A DNA stretch of 64,000 bases, from NCBI GenBank assembly GCA_022711395.1, contig JAKLFA010000002.1, forward strand, positions 67,864 to 131,863, read 5' to 3'. How positions within the stretch are numbered: position 1 is the first letter of the stretch; each line of letters starts with the position of its first letter. Position numbers and translations under genes: made by a program. Below, one piece after another: positions 27,663 to 37,658 of this stretch. The notes beneath the pieces are model-generated. The model searched no databases, was not told the DNA's origin, and worked only from the letters and a program-made list of their open reading frames with translations. The stretch comes from Candidatus Omnitrophota bacterium (lineage in GTDB: Bacteria > Omnitrophota > Gorgyraeia > Zapsychrales > JANLHA01).

Positions 27663-27727
27663 GATAAACGTCCTTTCTTTTCCCCTGACATGTCGCGACT
27701 AAAACGTCCTTAAGTGACAAGGCTGTT

Positions 27728-28972
27728 TTATGAGAGGGTATCCAGCTTAAAGGCGCTGTGAAGGGCCTTGACTGCCTTATCGGTTGATTTCTGATCGATG
27801 ATACAGGAAATGCTGATCTCCGATGTCGAAATCATGTTGATATTAACTTTGTTTTTCGCCAGAGTTTCGAACATCTGCGCGGCGATGCCGTGGTGGGAGC
27901 GCATCCCGGAACCAACGATCGAAACACGAGCGATGTTCTTGTCTGAACTGACTGCTCCGGCCTGGATCTTTTTAGCGACCTTTTCAGCGATCGCGATGGC
28001 CTTGCTCAGGTCATTTTTGGAAACAGTGAACGAAATGTCCGTGTGCTTGGTATGTGACACATTCTGGACGATCGTATCGACGCTAATACCGGCTGTTGCC
28101 AGTTCTGTAAAGATCTTTGCGGCCACGCCGGGTTTGTCCGGAACGGCATCGATCGTGATCTTGGCTTCGGATTTATTGCAGGTCACGCCCCGGACGGCAA
28201 TGTTTTCGAGTTTGTCGGTTTCTTTGATGATCATGGTCCCTTCCTCCTTAGAAAAGCTCGATCGAACATGGATCGGTATATTGAATCGTTTGGCCACCTC
28301 GATGGAACGCGCTTGCATGACCTGTGCACCCAGAGAGGCCATTTCAAGCATCTCATCAAAAGTGATGGCTTTGATCTTTTTTGCGTTTGTTTCGATACGC
28401 GGGTCGGTCGTATAGATGCCGTTCACGTCGGTATAGATCTCGCAGACCTGCGCCTTCAGGGTTTTGGCCAATGCCACGGCCGTCAGGTCAGAACCGCCTC
28501 GCCCGAGGGTCGTGATGTCGTTTTCCTCGGTCACGCCCTGAAAGCCGGCGACAATCACGATCTGGCCGGCGTCGAAGGCCTTGAGGATGCGTTTGTTGTC
28601 GATGGTCTCGATCCTGGCCTTGGTGTGCGACTTGGTCGTCTTGATGCCGACTTGGGCCCCTGTCAGGGAGATCGCCTCACGGCCGAGTGCGCGGATGGCG
28701 ATGGCCAGCAGCGCGCAGGAGATCTGTTCACCCGTTGACATCAGCATGTCCATTTCACGGTCCGGAGGCTCTTTCATGATCTGAAAAGCCATGGCTTCCA
28801 GTTCATCGGTCGTATCCCCTAAAGCCGATACAACCACGGCAACATTGGTTTTGGATGTTTTCGCGTTGACAACTCTTTGGGCCACGGCCTTGATGCGGTC
28901 AATGTTGGCGACCGAGGAGCCCCCGAACTTCATGACAATGATTGGTTTGGTGCTCATAACGTTTTCCTTCAC
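27728..28972 (-). CDS. lysC: Aspartate kinase
   Basis: KFGGSSVANIDRIKAV... kinase N-terminus and C-terminal ACT domains. True start is probably the internal MSTKP. Confidence 0.9.
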   Translation of the reverse strand: MKENVMSTKPIIVMKFGGSSVANIDRIKAVAQRVVNAKTSKTNVAVVVSALGDTTDELEAMAFQIMKEPPDREMDMLMSTGEQISCALLAIAIRALGREAISLTGAQVGIKTTKSHTKARIETIDNKRILKAFDAGQIVIVAGFQGVTEENDITTLGRGGSDLTAVALAKTLKAQVCEIYTDVNGIYTTDPRIETNAKKIKAITFDEMLEMASLGAQVMQARSIEVAKRFNIPIHVRSSFSKEEGTMIIKETDKLENIAVRGVTCNKSEAKITIDAVPDKPGVAAKIFTELATAGISVDTIVQNVSHTKHTDISFTVSKNDLSKAIAIAEKVAKKIQAGAVSSDKNIARVSIVGSGMRSHHGIAAQMFETLAKNKVNINMISTSEISISCIIDQKSTDKAVKALHSAFKLDTLS

Positions 28973-30211
28973 TTAAAGATACTTATTTGTAAAATGGTTC
29001 ATCAGCTCTTCCCCGCTCATAAATAGCGTTCCGCTCTCTTTTGCAGAAGCTTCATTATATTCAATCGAACCGTCGCTGGCAATCCCTTTTCCATAAATGA
29101 CGAACGGTACGGGATTGGCCGTGTGGGTCCGCAAGCGCAAAGGGGTCGGGTGATCCGGCATGACGATGATGCGCATATCGGAGTGGTTGGAAAAATGGTT
29201 GAGGATCGTGCCGATGATGTCCTGATCGATGCGTTCGATCGCCCGGACCTTTTCAGCAGTATCGCCGTTATGTCCGGCTTCATCGGGTGATTCGACATGA
29301 ATAAAGACAAAATCATGGTCTCTGAGGGCCTCAATGGCGTAATCGGCCTTGGCCCGGTAATCGGTATCATAATAACCCGTGGCTCCGGGCACATGGATCA
29401 CGTCCAGGCCTGCCAGTTTTCCGATGCCGTTTACAAGATCAACGGCTGAAATAATGGCTCCCCTCAGGTTGAACTTTTCCTGGAAAGGTTCCAGCCGAGG
29501 CTTAGTCCCCTGCCCCCACAGCCAGATGGAGTTGGCGGGGTTTTCGCCTAAGTCCACCCTCACCCGGTTGATCGAATGTTCTTCAAGGACCCTTTGCGCG
29601 GCCTCCATCAGGCGCAGAAGCATGGGTGCCTGTTTTCCCTGCGGAAGATGTTTGGCAAAGGGCTTTCCCATGATGTCATGCGGTGGCCAGCATTTGATCG
29701 AAGTGAATTCCTTGACATTGCGGACCTTCATGACCATTAAGTGGCGGTAGCTTTTTCCGGCGAAAAAGCGGACCTCTTTATCAGGGATCGTTTCGTTCAA
29801 GGCATCAATAAGCTGCGCCGCTTCAAAGCTTGGGATATGGCCGGCGCTGTAATCCTTAAGCGCTGTGCCATCCAGCGTGACAAGGTTACAGCGGAAGACG
29901 ACCTCATCATCTTTAAGGTCAATGCCCATGCTGGCAGCTTCCAAAGGCGCCCGTCCGGTAAAATTGAGCTCCGGACGGTATCCTAAAAGAGAAAGGTTGC
30001 CGATCTCAGAACCGGGATGCATGCCTTTAGGGATCGAACACAAAAGTCCCTGCGTCCCGTTTTTCGCCATAAAGTCCATGTTGGTGGTATTGGCCGCCTG
30101 CAGTGGTGTCTGATGGTTGAGTTCCGCCATCGGCTCATCGGCCATACCGTCAGGAACGATCACGATAAATTTCATGCCCCTCACCTCAAATGGTTTTATC
30201 AAGAACAGCAA
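28973..30211 (-). CDS. apgM: Cofactor-independent phosphoglycerate mutase, archaeal type
   Basis: MKFIVIVPDGMADEP... N-terminus and ...HVESPDEAGH... typical of ApgM (412 aa). Confidence 0.8.
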   Translation of the reverse strand: MLFLIKPFEVRGMKFIVIVPDGMADEPMAELNHQTPLQAANTTNMDFMAKNGTQGLLCSIPKGMHPGSEIGNLSLLGYRPELNFTGRAPLEAASMGIDLKDDEVVFRCNLVTLDGTALKDYSAGHIPSFEAAQLIDALNETIPDKEVRFFAGKSYRHLMVMKVRNVKEFTSIKCWPPHDIMGKPFAKHLPQGKQAPMLLRLMEAAQRVLEEHSINRVRVDLGENPANSIWLWGQGTKPRLEPFQEKFNLRGAIISAVDLVNGIGKLAGLDVIHVPGATGYYDTDYRAKADYAIEALRDHDFVFIHVESPDEAGHNGDTAEKVRAIERIDQDIIGTILNHFSNHSDMRIIVMPDHPTPLRLRTHTANPVPFVIYGKGIASDGSIEYNEASAKESGTLFMSGEELMNHFTNKYL

Positions 30212-30824
30212 CGAGCGAGTTCGCTAACTGTGACCGGCAATGGTTGCATGGACCAGCCCGCATCGTGCTTTTTTCAAAAATATACCCGGTATACCCCTTC
30301 GATAGAGAATTCGCCACGATCAGGTCGCAATTGTTTTCCTTAAACGACCTGCGGGCGGCCTGTTCCAGGGCCTTTTTTTCCGAAGACGGGACCAGTTTAA
30401 AACCGACCAGGCACGACTTGGGCGCGCGCAGCCGGATCATCTTAATGAGCTTAGGCGTCGGCACAAAAGAAAGAACGAGTTTTTTTGTGTCCGAAGAGAT
30501 CTTTCCACGACGGCGACGGTCCAGTTTAAAATCTGAAACAGCTGCCGCATGGATGATCACATCATATTTTTTTTTGAGCTCCGCTTTTAAGAGACGGCTC
30601 AGATCATCAAAGAACAAAAATTTTCGGATACGGACTTTGCGATCTCGGAACGCTTTTAAGACCGGGCCTTCCAGCAACGTGACCCCGGCGCCGGCATTAA
30701 CAAGCTTTTGGGCCAGTGTTTGTCCCAGTTCTCCGGTAGAACGGTTGGCCAGGACGCGCATGTCGTCGATCTCAACCCAAGTCGGCCCGCAGGTTATCAG
30801 GCATTTTTTGTTCCGTAATCCCAT
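30186..30824 (-). CDS. coaB: Phosphopantothenate--cysteine ligase (stand-alone CoaB domain)
   Basis: ITCGPTWVEIDDMRVLANRSTGELG...VTLLEGPV matches the DFP/CoaB domain. 212 aa; no CoaC half present. Confidence 0.7.
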   Translation of the reverse strand: MGLRNKKCLITCGPTWVEIDDMRVLANRSTGELGQTLAQKLVNAGAGVTLLEGPVLKAFRDRKVRIRKFLFFDDLSRLLKAELKKKYDVIIHAAAVSDFKLDRRRRGKISSDTKKLVLSFVPTPKLIKMIRLRAPKSCLVGFKLVPSSEKKALEQAARRSFKENNCDLIVANSLSKGYTGYIFEKSTMRAGPCNHCRSQLANSLVAVLDKTI

Positions 30825-30838
30825 ATATCTGAGCTTTT

Positions 30839-31897
30839 TTAAAGGCCGATCGCTTTTAAAATGAGCTTGATGTCGGCCTCGAGCTTAAGCGGCTCCGCAA
30901 TATTTTTGATCGCGATGTTCGGGTCTTTCAGGCCGTGGCCGGTCAGGGTGCAGACGATCCGCGCGCCGTGATGGTCTTTGAAGTATCCTTGGGCGGCATA
31001 TTTCAAAAGGCCGGCGACAGAAGCGGCAGATGCTGGTTCGGCGAATACGCCGCTCTCCCCTGCCAGGATCTTGTAGGCCTCGAGGATCTCCTCATCGCTT
31101 ACCATATCGATCGTTCCTCCGGATTCATCAGCGGCAGCCTGGGCGGATTTCCAGCTGGCCGGATTGCCGATGCGGATGGCGGTGGCGATCGTTTCCGGCT
31201 TTTCGACCGGGTGCCCCAGGACGATCGGAGCGGCTCCGGCGGCCTGAAAACCCAGCATCTTGGGAAGCTGGGTGGCTTTTCCGGCGCGTTTATATTCGGT
31301 ATAACCCTTCCAGTAGGCGGTGATATTGCCGGCGTTTCCAACCGGGATCGCGTGGAATTCAGGGGCGTCATCCAGACAGTCGCAGATCTCAAAGGCGGCT
31401 GTCTTCTGGCCTTCGATCCTGAACGGGTTAATGGAATTGACGAGTTCCACCGGGTAGCGGTCGGTGACCGTCCGGACCAGGTTTAAGGCATCGTCAAAGT
31501 TGCCTTTGATCGCTATGACCTGGGCTTGGTGGATCATGGCTTGCGCCAGTTTTCCAAGCGCGATATTGCCGTCCGGGATCAGCACGACACATTTCATGGT
31601 CCCGCTTCGCACTGCGTAAGCGGCCGCGGAAGCAGATGTGTTGCCGGTCGAGGCGCACATCACGACCCGGGCCCCCTTTTCTTTTGCCTTGCTGATCGCC
31701 ATGGTCATCCCGCGGTCTTTGAAGGACCCTGTGGGATTGAGCCCCTCATATTTTAAGAAAACTTTAAGCCCCGTCTTTTTGGACAGGGTTTCCGACGGGA
31801 TCAAAGGAGTATTGCCTTCCAAAAGCGTCACAACAGGTGTCTTTTCGCTGACAGGCAAGAAATCTTTATAATGATTGATAATGCCGTTCCACTTCAC
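30839..31897 (-). CDS. thrC: Threonine synthase
   Basis: ...GNTPLIPSE...[12 protein letters not shown]... (PLP-lysine motif). 352 aa. Confidence 0.9.
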   Translation of the reverse strand: MKWNGIINHYKDFLPVSEKTPVVTLLEGNTPLIPSETLSKKTGLKVFLKYEGLNPTGSFKDRGMTMAISKAKEKGARVVMCASTGNTSASAAAYAVRSGTMKCVVLIPDGNIALGKLAQAMIHQAQVIAIKGNFDDALNLVRTVTDRYPVELVNSINPFRIEGQKTAAFEICDCLDDAPEFHAIPVGNAGNITAYWKGYTEYKRAGKATQLPKMLGFQAAGAAPIVLGHPVEKPETIATAIRIGNPASWKSAQAAADESGGTIDMVSDEEILEAYKILAGESGVFAEPASAASVAGLLKYAAQGYFKDHHGARIVCTLTGHGLKDPNIAIKNIAEPLKLEADIKLILKAIGL

Positions 31898-31926
31898 TTC
31901 GTCTTCCCCTTCGTCATGAGTCGTTG

Positions 31927-33225
31927 TTAAAGATTTTCCATGCGGATCGCTACGGGGCGACTCTTAATAACCGACAGTTTGTCGTGTATATAGGTGAGAG
32001 CCTGCCTTACTTTTCCTTCGGGAGCGCAGTCCGTGATGATGATCAACGGGACAACACCGGACGGGCTGTGGGCTTTCTGGGATACGGAATTGATGCTGAT
32101 ACCGTAACGGCCGAAGACCCCGGCGATCTTGGATAAGACCCCGGGTTTATCGACAGCGGTGAACCGCACATAAAATTTTGTTGAAATGTGATCAATGTTC
32201 ATGAACTTCAAGCCGGGGGCTTCGTGGTAGTAATTACCGATGAAGCTTAACGGATCGCAGTCTCCCCGTGTTGCAAGGTTGATGAGGTCGCTGACCACTC
32301 CTGAAGCGGCGGCCATCTGCCCGGCCCCCTCCCCGGAAAGAAGGACATCGCCCAGCGGATCGGCTTCCATGAGGACGGCGTTCAAAACGCCGTTGATGGA
32401 GGCCAGCGGATGGTGCTTGCTGATCAACGTCGGATGGACACGGGCTTCAATCTTGGATTCGTTTTGCTTCGCGATCCCTAAAAGTTTGATGCAAAGACCA
32501 AGCTCCTTGGCATATTGGATATCCTCATGGGAGATATGCGTGATGCCTTCGGTGTGAATGTCCTTGGTCTGGATGAATTTACCGAAAGCCAGGTAAGTCA
32601 GGATCGTCAGTTTATAGGCGGAATCCATGCCGTTAATATCAAGCGTCGGGTCTGTTTCGGCAAATCCTTTGGCCTGGGCGGCTTTGACCGCCTGTTCAAA
32701 GCTCATCCCCTCTTCGGCCATGAGCGAAAGGATATAATTGCAGGTACCGTTGATGATACCAAAAATGCCGTTGTATTGGTTTCCGGCGATGCCTTCGGTC
32801 AGGGTCTTGATGATCGGGACGCCTGCCAGAACAGATGTTTCAAAATAGATATTGCGCTTGTATTGCCGGGCCGCCTTAAAAAGCTCTTTCCCGCATTGAG
32901 CGATCAACGCCTTGTTAGCGGTCACGACGTGCTTTCCATTTTTGAGCGCTTCCAGAACGAATTCTCTTGCCGGATGGAGGCCTCCGATCAGCTCAACGAT
33001 CACATCGATCGAAGGATCGTTCAGAAGGGCTGAGGCGTCATCCGTCAGCAAGATCTTGCCCAGGTTTTTTGGCTTTTTTGTCCGGAAGCGCAGATCGCAG
33101 ATCCCCTTCCACTGGAAATCCACGCCGAATTTACCCTGAATATGCTGGCGTTTACTATCCAAAAACTCAACAACGCCGGCGCCGACATTGCCGTATCCGA
33201 TCAATCCTAAACGTAATGTTTTCAT
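31927..33225 (-). CDS. hom: Homoserine dehydrogenase
   Basis: [16 protein letters not shown](P)-binding motif and C-terminal ACT domain. 432 aa. Confidence 0.9.
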   Translation of the reverse strand: MKTLRLGLIGYGNVGAGVVEFLDSKRQHIQGKFGVDFQWKGICDLRFRTKKPKNLGKILLTDDASALLNDPSIDVIVELIGGLHPAREFVLEALKNGKHVVTANKALIAQCGKELFKAARQYKRNIYFETSVLAGVPIIKTLTEGIAGNQYNGIFGIINGTCNYILSLMAEEGMSFEQAVKAAQAKGFAETDPTLDINGMDSAYKLTILTYLAFGKFIQTKDIHTEGITHISHEDIQYAKELGLCIKLLGIAKQNESKIEARVHPTLISKHHPLASINGVLNAVLMEADPLGDVLLSGEGAGQMAAASGVVSDLINLATRGDCDPLSFIGNYYHEAPGLKFMNIDHISTKFYVRFTAVDKPGVLSKIAGVFGRYGISINSVSQKAHSPSGVVPLIIITDCAPEGKVRQALTYIHDKLSVIKSRPVAIRMENL

Positions 33226-33596
33226 CGTTCATCACTCTCGTTGCGTTCAAAAAAGTGGATGGCCTGTTTTAAGACTGTTTCCGCATCAGGGGTAAGGTTC
33301 TGGAATTGGATGCGGGTCTCGTAGACAATACCGTGGATCCGTTCATGGGATTCCAGGACCCTTCCCTCAAAGGAGGACAGGCCGGAAAAGAACGGAGTTT
33401 TGATCTCAATCCCTAACAGGGCTCCCGGAGGAAAGGGTTTTTCGGTCACGATGCAGAGGCCGCCAAGGCTGATATTTTTGATCTGAGACGCAGGGAATTT
33501 TTCCGACGGTCTGGACAGGTCAAAATAATCAAAAATAAAGTTTTTACTGATCCGGACATATTTCCGGCGATCAGCAGGAGTGGGATTATTGTTCAT
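33222..33596 (-). CDS. PilZ-domain protein (stand-alone)
   Basis: RRKYVRISKNF (RxxxR) and NISLGGLCI (DxSxGG-like). Start moved to the internal MNNNPTP, because the track ORF's first 24 codons overlap tRNA-Pro. Confidence 0.5.
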   Translation of the reverse strand: MNNNPTPADRRKYVRISKNFIFDYFDLSRPSEKFPASQIKNISLGGLCIVTEKPFPPGALLGIEIKTPFFSGLSSFEGRVLESHERIHGIVYETRIQFQNLTPDAETVLKQAIHFFERNESDER

Positions 33597-33622
33597 GACG
33601 GCTCCCTTGCTTCGATTAAATG

Positions 33623-33696
33623 TCGGAGCGGACGGATTTGAACCGTCGACCCCTTGTACCCCATACAAGTGCGCTAGCCAGCTGCGCTACGCTCCG
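33623..33696 (-). tRNA. tRNA-Pro (anticodon GGG)
   Basis: Reverse complement CGGAGCGTAGCGCAGCTGGCTAGCGCACTTGTATGGGGTACAAGGGGTCGACGGTTCAAATCCGTCCGCTCCGA folds as a cloverleaf: 7-bp acceptor, D-arm GCGC/GCGC, anticodon loop AUGGGGU, T-arm GACGG/CCGTC. No encoded CCA. Confidence 0.8.
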
Positions 33697-33811
33697 TAAA
33701 TTATATAAATAAATATTGATAAATTATACTATAAAGCGGTAATCCTGAAAAGCAAAACATTGGAAGGAATTATACCAAAAAAATCTGGAAAAGTATGTTT
33801 TTTTAAAAAAT

Positions 33812-34819
33812 TTATTCAGCCTTTGTTTTTCGGCTCATGAGGTCGGAAACCGCCTTTTTCGGGGACTTGTTCCTGGTAATAATTTGATAAACTTCATGAC
33901 AAATGGGCATATCAATATGAGAACGCCGGGAGATCTTTTCAACGGCTTTGGATGTTTCAACCCCTTCCGCCACCATATTCATGTGTTTGAGGACCTGGGT
34001 AATGGTCTTTCCTTCTCCAAGAGCTTGACCGACCGAGCGGTTGCGGCTTAGGGGATTAAAGCAGGTCGTTGCTAAGTCGCCCATACCCGCCAGGCCATAG
34101 AATGTCTTGGCACGGGCTCCCAAATGGGTCCCCAGGCGGATCATTTCTACCAGGCCCCGGGTCAGGATGGCTGATTTTGTGTTTGTTCCATAGCCCAATC
34201 CATCACAAACGCCGCATGCGATCGCAATAACGTTTTTAAGGCTCCCTCCCAGTTCAACACCGGCCACATCACTGCTGCGGTAGATCCTGAACGTCTGTGA
34301 GTTGAATAATTTTTGGATATGTTTTGCGGCCTGGTGGTTTGTGGAGGCGACGACCGCGGTGGATGGGACGCCCAAAGCGACCTCCCGGGCAATGGTCGGC
34401 CCGGAAAGGACAGCGAACCGGAGCTTTCCCAGCTCCTGTTGAATAAGATCGGACATGCACAAGAGCTTTCGCGTATCAATGCCTTTGACAATGCTGAGAA
34501 GGGTCTTTGATTTCAAGCTGTTGTAGGTGTGCGTTTTTTTAATGCGTTTCAGCACCTGATCCAGGTATTGGGACGGAGTTGAAAGAACAACGATTGAAGA
34601 ATTTCGGATCGCCTCTTCCAGGTCGCTGGTGGCATGGAGATCTTTAGGAAAACGGATGCCGGGCAAGAATTTCTTGTTTTCGCCCTGTTGTTTCATGGCC
34701 GCTATATTTTCAGGGAACGCTCCCCAAAGAAAGACGGGATGCTTTTTTTGGGCGAGATAGACGGCTAACGTTGTTCCCCAGCTGCCGTCTCCAATGAATG
34801 CGATCGTTTCAGGTGTCAT
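33812..34819 (-). CDS. gpsA: NAD(P)H-dependent glycerol-3-phosphate dehydrogenase
   Basis: IAFIGDGSWGTTLAVYLA dinucleotide-binding N-terminus. 335 aa. Confidence 0.9.
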   Translation of the reverse strand: MTPETIAFIGDGSWGTTLAVYLAQKKHPVFLWGAFPENIAAMKQQGENKKFLPGIRFPKDLHATSDLEEAIRNSSIVVLSTPSQYLDQVLKRIKKTHTYNSLKSKTLLSIVKGIDTRKLLCMSDLIQQELGKLRFAVLSGPTIAREVALGVPSTAVVASTNHQAAKHIQKLFNSQTFRIYRSSDVAGVELGGSLKNVIAIACGVCDGLGYGTNTKSAILTRGLVEMIRLGTHLGARAKTFYGLAGMGDLATTCFNPLSRNRSVGQALGEGKTITQVLKHMNMVAEGVETSKAVEKISRRSHIDMPICHEVYQIITRNKSPKKAVSDLMSRKTKAE

Positions 34820-34928
34820 AATCGAAGAATTTCCTTATGTATTTGTTTTTATTATAAGCAGGTGTTGTCTTTTTGCAAGCCGCATAAAAAAATAAACATG
34901 ATTTGATGGAGGAATAAATTTCTCTATA

Positions 34929-35546
34929 ATGAGCATGATGAAAGCAATACACCACGGCGTTATTTATCTTTTCGCATTTCTTACGGTTGGATGGATCTTA
35001 GGCTACAGCCCGATCGAGACGGGTAAAATTTTGGCAGTTTCGTGTTATGATCCCGGGGCGAATCATTTTAAATCTCATCCGCTCCCCCTCAATCAGTGGA
35101 TAAGGCCGGCCCTCTTCTTTTCGTTTATTTATGGTTTTGGAATTTTGATCTCATGCGGCATCGAGAACAGCAAACGGCCGTTTACATTCGAAGCTTTTCG
35201 AAAAAATATTTTTATTGGCCTGCTTTGTATCGGGACGCTTCTTGTGATGGTCCAGCTTAAAGGTCATGCGATGTTCTTGGCGAGGTATATTCAGGTGAGC
35301 GTGCGGCAAGGCATCATTCGTGAGCGTTTGGGACAGTCTTTGGATTTCGCTGTAACACTGGCCGATCATGTTCACCGGCGTTATTCGGGACAACCCGTGA
35401 CCGTTGGGGTGGATATGGGGCCTGATTGCGGAGAGGACCCCTGCTTTTATATTGAACGGGCCCTTAAATATTATTTATACCCTATTGATACGGGTGATAT
35501 CCGAGGAGAAGCGGCGGTCGAGACGCTCAAGCCCCTCAGCCGTTGA
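34929..35546 (+). CDS. Small membrane protein, module copy 1 (paralog of 36959-37657)
   Basis: 2-4 TM helices. Conserved C-terminal ...FYIERALKYYLYPIDTGDIRG, matching ...FYLLRSLSYHLYPIDIRNIRPG in the paralog. Confidence 0.4.
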   Translation: MSMMKAIHHGVIYLFAFLTVGWILGYSPIETGKILAVSCYDPGANHFKSHPLPLNQWIRPALFFSFIYGFGILISCGIENSKRPFTFEAFRKNIFIGLLCIGTLLVMVQLKGHAMFLARYIQVSVRQGIIRERLGQSLDFAVTLADHVHRRYSGQPVTVGVDMGPDCGEDPCFYIERALKYYLYPIDTGDIRGEAAVETLKPLSR

Positions 35547-35552
35547 GGATCG

Positions 35553-36962
35553 GTGAATGACGGTCAAAGAAAGGCCGATATGGAGCTGGTTTTGAAATTG
35601 ATGATCTTAGGATTCTGTGTTGGGTTTCCGTGTTTTTTGGGGTATACGGTGGTGCGGGCCATTTGCCCTCACATCCGTTCGGCATGGAGCGCCGGGCTCT
35701 CTTTTTGTGTCGGGTCCGGGTTGATTACGTTCTGGATTTTTGTGTTAGGAATGTTGAAGGCCCCATTGACAATCGCCGTGATCAATTGGCCGCTTTTGGC
35801 GCTGGCCGCCATGCTGTTTATTTTGCGAAGACCCGGACGTGTCGTAGCGTTAGAGCATAACAAGCGCGTCCGTTTTTGTAAGCTGAACATGCTGGATTTC
35901 AGGATTTGGATATCCGGTGCTGTTTTTTTGACTCTTCTTTTTGTGGTCATCGAAGCCGGGGCGCTGCAGACATATGTTTGGGATTCGCTTTCGTATATCG
36001 CGTTTAACGCAAAAGTGATATTTTTTGAACGCAGTTTTCAATATAACGCGAATCTTCCCCACCCTTCTTCTCCGATGGGCATTCCTTTACTGCAGTTTTG
36101 GTTCAACTTGAATCTGGGCTATTGGAGTGAATATTTTATTCAAGCGCCGTTTCCGATATATTTTATTTCCCTGCTTTGGGTGGTCTGGTCATTCTTGAAA
36201 GAGCATGTTTCAGACAGGGCGGCCTGGATCGGGATTTTTTTATTGATCGCCGCTAATTTGCCGGTTTATCATGCTGCGATTGGATACATGGATGTTGCGC
36301 TTTCCTTATGTTTATGTTCTTCGATCCTCCTGGTCTTTGAAGCAGTCGAAAAACGGGATGACCGGTTGTTCGGTGTTGCCGGGCTGTGCGCGGGGTTGGG
36401 AGTGTGGACAAAATTGGAAGGTGCGGCGTTTGTGTTGATCGTGGCCGTTCTTTATGCGGTTCTTGAATGTGGTCTTAAAAAAGAAAGGTTCAAACTGCGT
36501 TCGATGCTTAAGAGGTTGGTCTTTTTTGGGGCCATTCCTGTGCTGGTTTTTGCGGTTCAGTGGGTCTATAAGAAAGATTTGGGGTTGTTGCTTTTTGCCG
36601 GGAGGTTCGGGCTCCTCGGCTTTGGGGAGGCGATGTTCCGTCTTAAACTTTTTGTGTTGAAGGCCACTGAAAGTATGTTCTTGCCCCTTAACTGGAATGT
36701 TAATTGGTTGATGTGGGTTGCGGGCCTTATGCTGACGCCTTTTTATAAGAACAAACTTTCAGCCTACCTGTGTTTGGGAATATTTTTTTTCTGGGCTGCA
36801 TGGTCGGGATGCTTTGTCCTGACAAATAATTTTCAGTTCATGAATGCGGTGCTTTCGCGGGCGATCCTTCAGTTTTTTCCGCTGGTGGTCTTAATGAACG
36901 CGATATGCTTTGATCAGTTCGTTTTCCATGAACAAAAGAAAACAAAGGATAACGCGGGATGA
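35553..36962 (+). CDS. Large polytopic membrane protein, module copy 1 (paralog of 37659-39005); possible GT-C-like glycosyltransferase
   Basis: >10 TM helices. Conserved loop block WDSLSYIAFNAKVIFFERSFQYNANLPH (paralog SWDSIATIVMKSKVFFFERSFEFNRNLPH), loosely reminiscent of the D-x3-Y motif of ArnT/PMT GT-C enzymes. Confidence 0.4.
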   Translation: MNDGQRKADMELVLKLMILGFCVGFPCFLGYTVVRAICPHIRSAWSAGLSFCVGSGLITFWIFVLGMLKAPLTIAVINWPLLALAAMLFILRRPGRVVALEHNKRVRFCKLNMLDFRIWISGAVFLTLLFVVIEAGALQTYVWDSLSYIAFNAKVIFFERSFQYNANLPHPSSPMGIPLLQFWFNLNLGYWSEYFIQAPFPIYFISLLWVVWSFLKEHVSDRAAWIGIFLLIAANLPVYHAAIGYMDVALSLCLCSSILLVFEAVEKRDDRLFGVAGLCAGLGVWTKLEGAAFVLIVAVLYAVLECGLKKERFKLRSMLKRLVFFGAIPVLVFAVQWVYKKDLGLLLFAGRFGLLGFGEAMFRLKLFVLKATESMFLPLNWNVNWLMWVAGLMLTPFYKNKLSAYLCLGIFFFWAAWSGCFVLTNNFQFMNAVLSRAILQFFPLVVLMNAICFDQFVFHEQKKTKDNAG

Positions 36963-37657
36963 TGAAATTCTTGAAGTTGGCGTTTATTTATATTTTCTGT
37001 TTTTTTGCGGTCGCCTGGGTTTGTGGATACCCGTTCGGTGAGGCGCTGAAAACCATTCCGGAAACGATGGTGGCGGCCTCCCCCAATAAAGTGCGGCTGG
37101 CTCCCCTGCCCAACGGCGTGAACCCTTTTTTCATACTGATCGTTTCGTTTTTGTTGGGGTCTCTCATTGTGATTGTATCGGCCGCGCTGAATCAGGAGCG
37201 CCAGGAAGCGCTTCAACGGTGTCTGGTCGGGATGGTGGTCCTTCATTCATTGTTCGCGGGCTTTCAATATGCGGGATTAGTGTCTGATCTCGACAAAGAT
37301 TTTGATATGAGGGGCTGGCATCTGGTCAAAGTGGGGAATTATTTTTCCGGACCGCAAAACCCTAAGATCCTGGCTGAGCAGATCAAGATCATGGTTTTTC
37401 CCCGCACAAGGTTGAAGCTGGACTTTAGAAGTGACCTTTCCTTTGAGAGGGACCCAAATTTTTATTTATTGCGCAGCTTGTCTTACCATCTTTATCCGAT
37501 CGACATTCGCAATATCCGCCCGGGGGAATTTGATGGGGCCCTTTTGATGGGTGTGGCTGACCTTGCTTCAGCAGTGCCTTCTGAATATCAATATGTGTTT
37601 CCATTGGGAAGGAATGATGCGATCGCGCTTAAAGAAGGTTTGGACTCAAGGAGGTAA
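36959..37657 (+). CDS. Small membrane protein, module copy 2
   Basis: Paralog of 34929-35546; start overlaps the preceding gene by 4 nt. Confidence 0.4.
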   Translation: MMKFLKLAFIYIFCFFAVAWVCGYPFGEALKTIPETMVAASPNKVRLAPLPNGVNPFFILIVSFLLGSLIVIVSAALNQERQEALQRCLVGMVVLHSLFAGFQYAGLVSDLDKDFDMRGWHLVKVGNYFSGPQNPKILAEQIKIMVFPRTRLKLDFRSDLSFERDPNFYLLRSLSYHLYPIDIRNIRPGEFDGALLMGVADLASAVPSEYQYVFPLGRNDAIALKEGLDSRR

Positions 37658-37658
37658 A

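Noticed and set aside
33597-33668. N-terminal 24 codons of ORF 33222-33668(-)
   Set aside because: They overlap tRNA-Pro on the same strand. The internal Met at 33596 was used instead.
37551-37658. Upstream extension of the large membrane-protein ORF (copy 2)
   Set aside because: It overlaps the preceding gene by 107 nt. An RBS-preceded ATG at 37659 aligns with the paralog's start.
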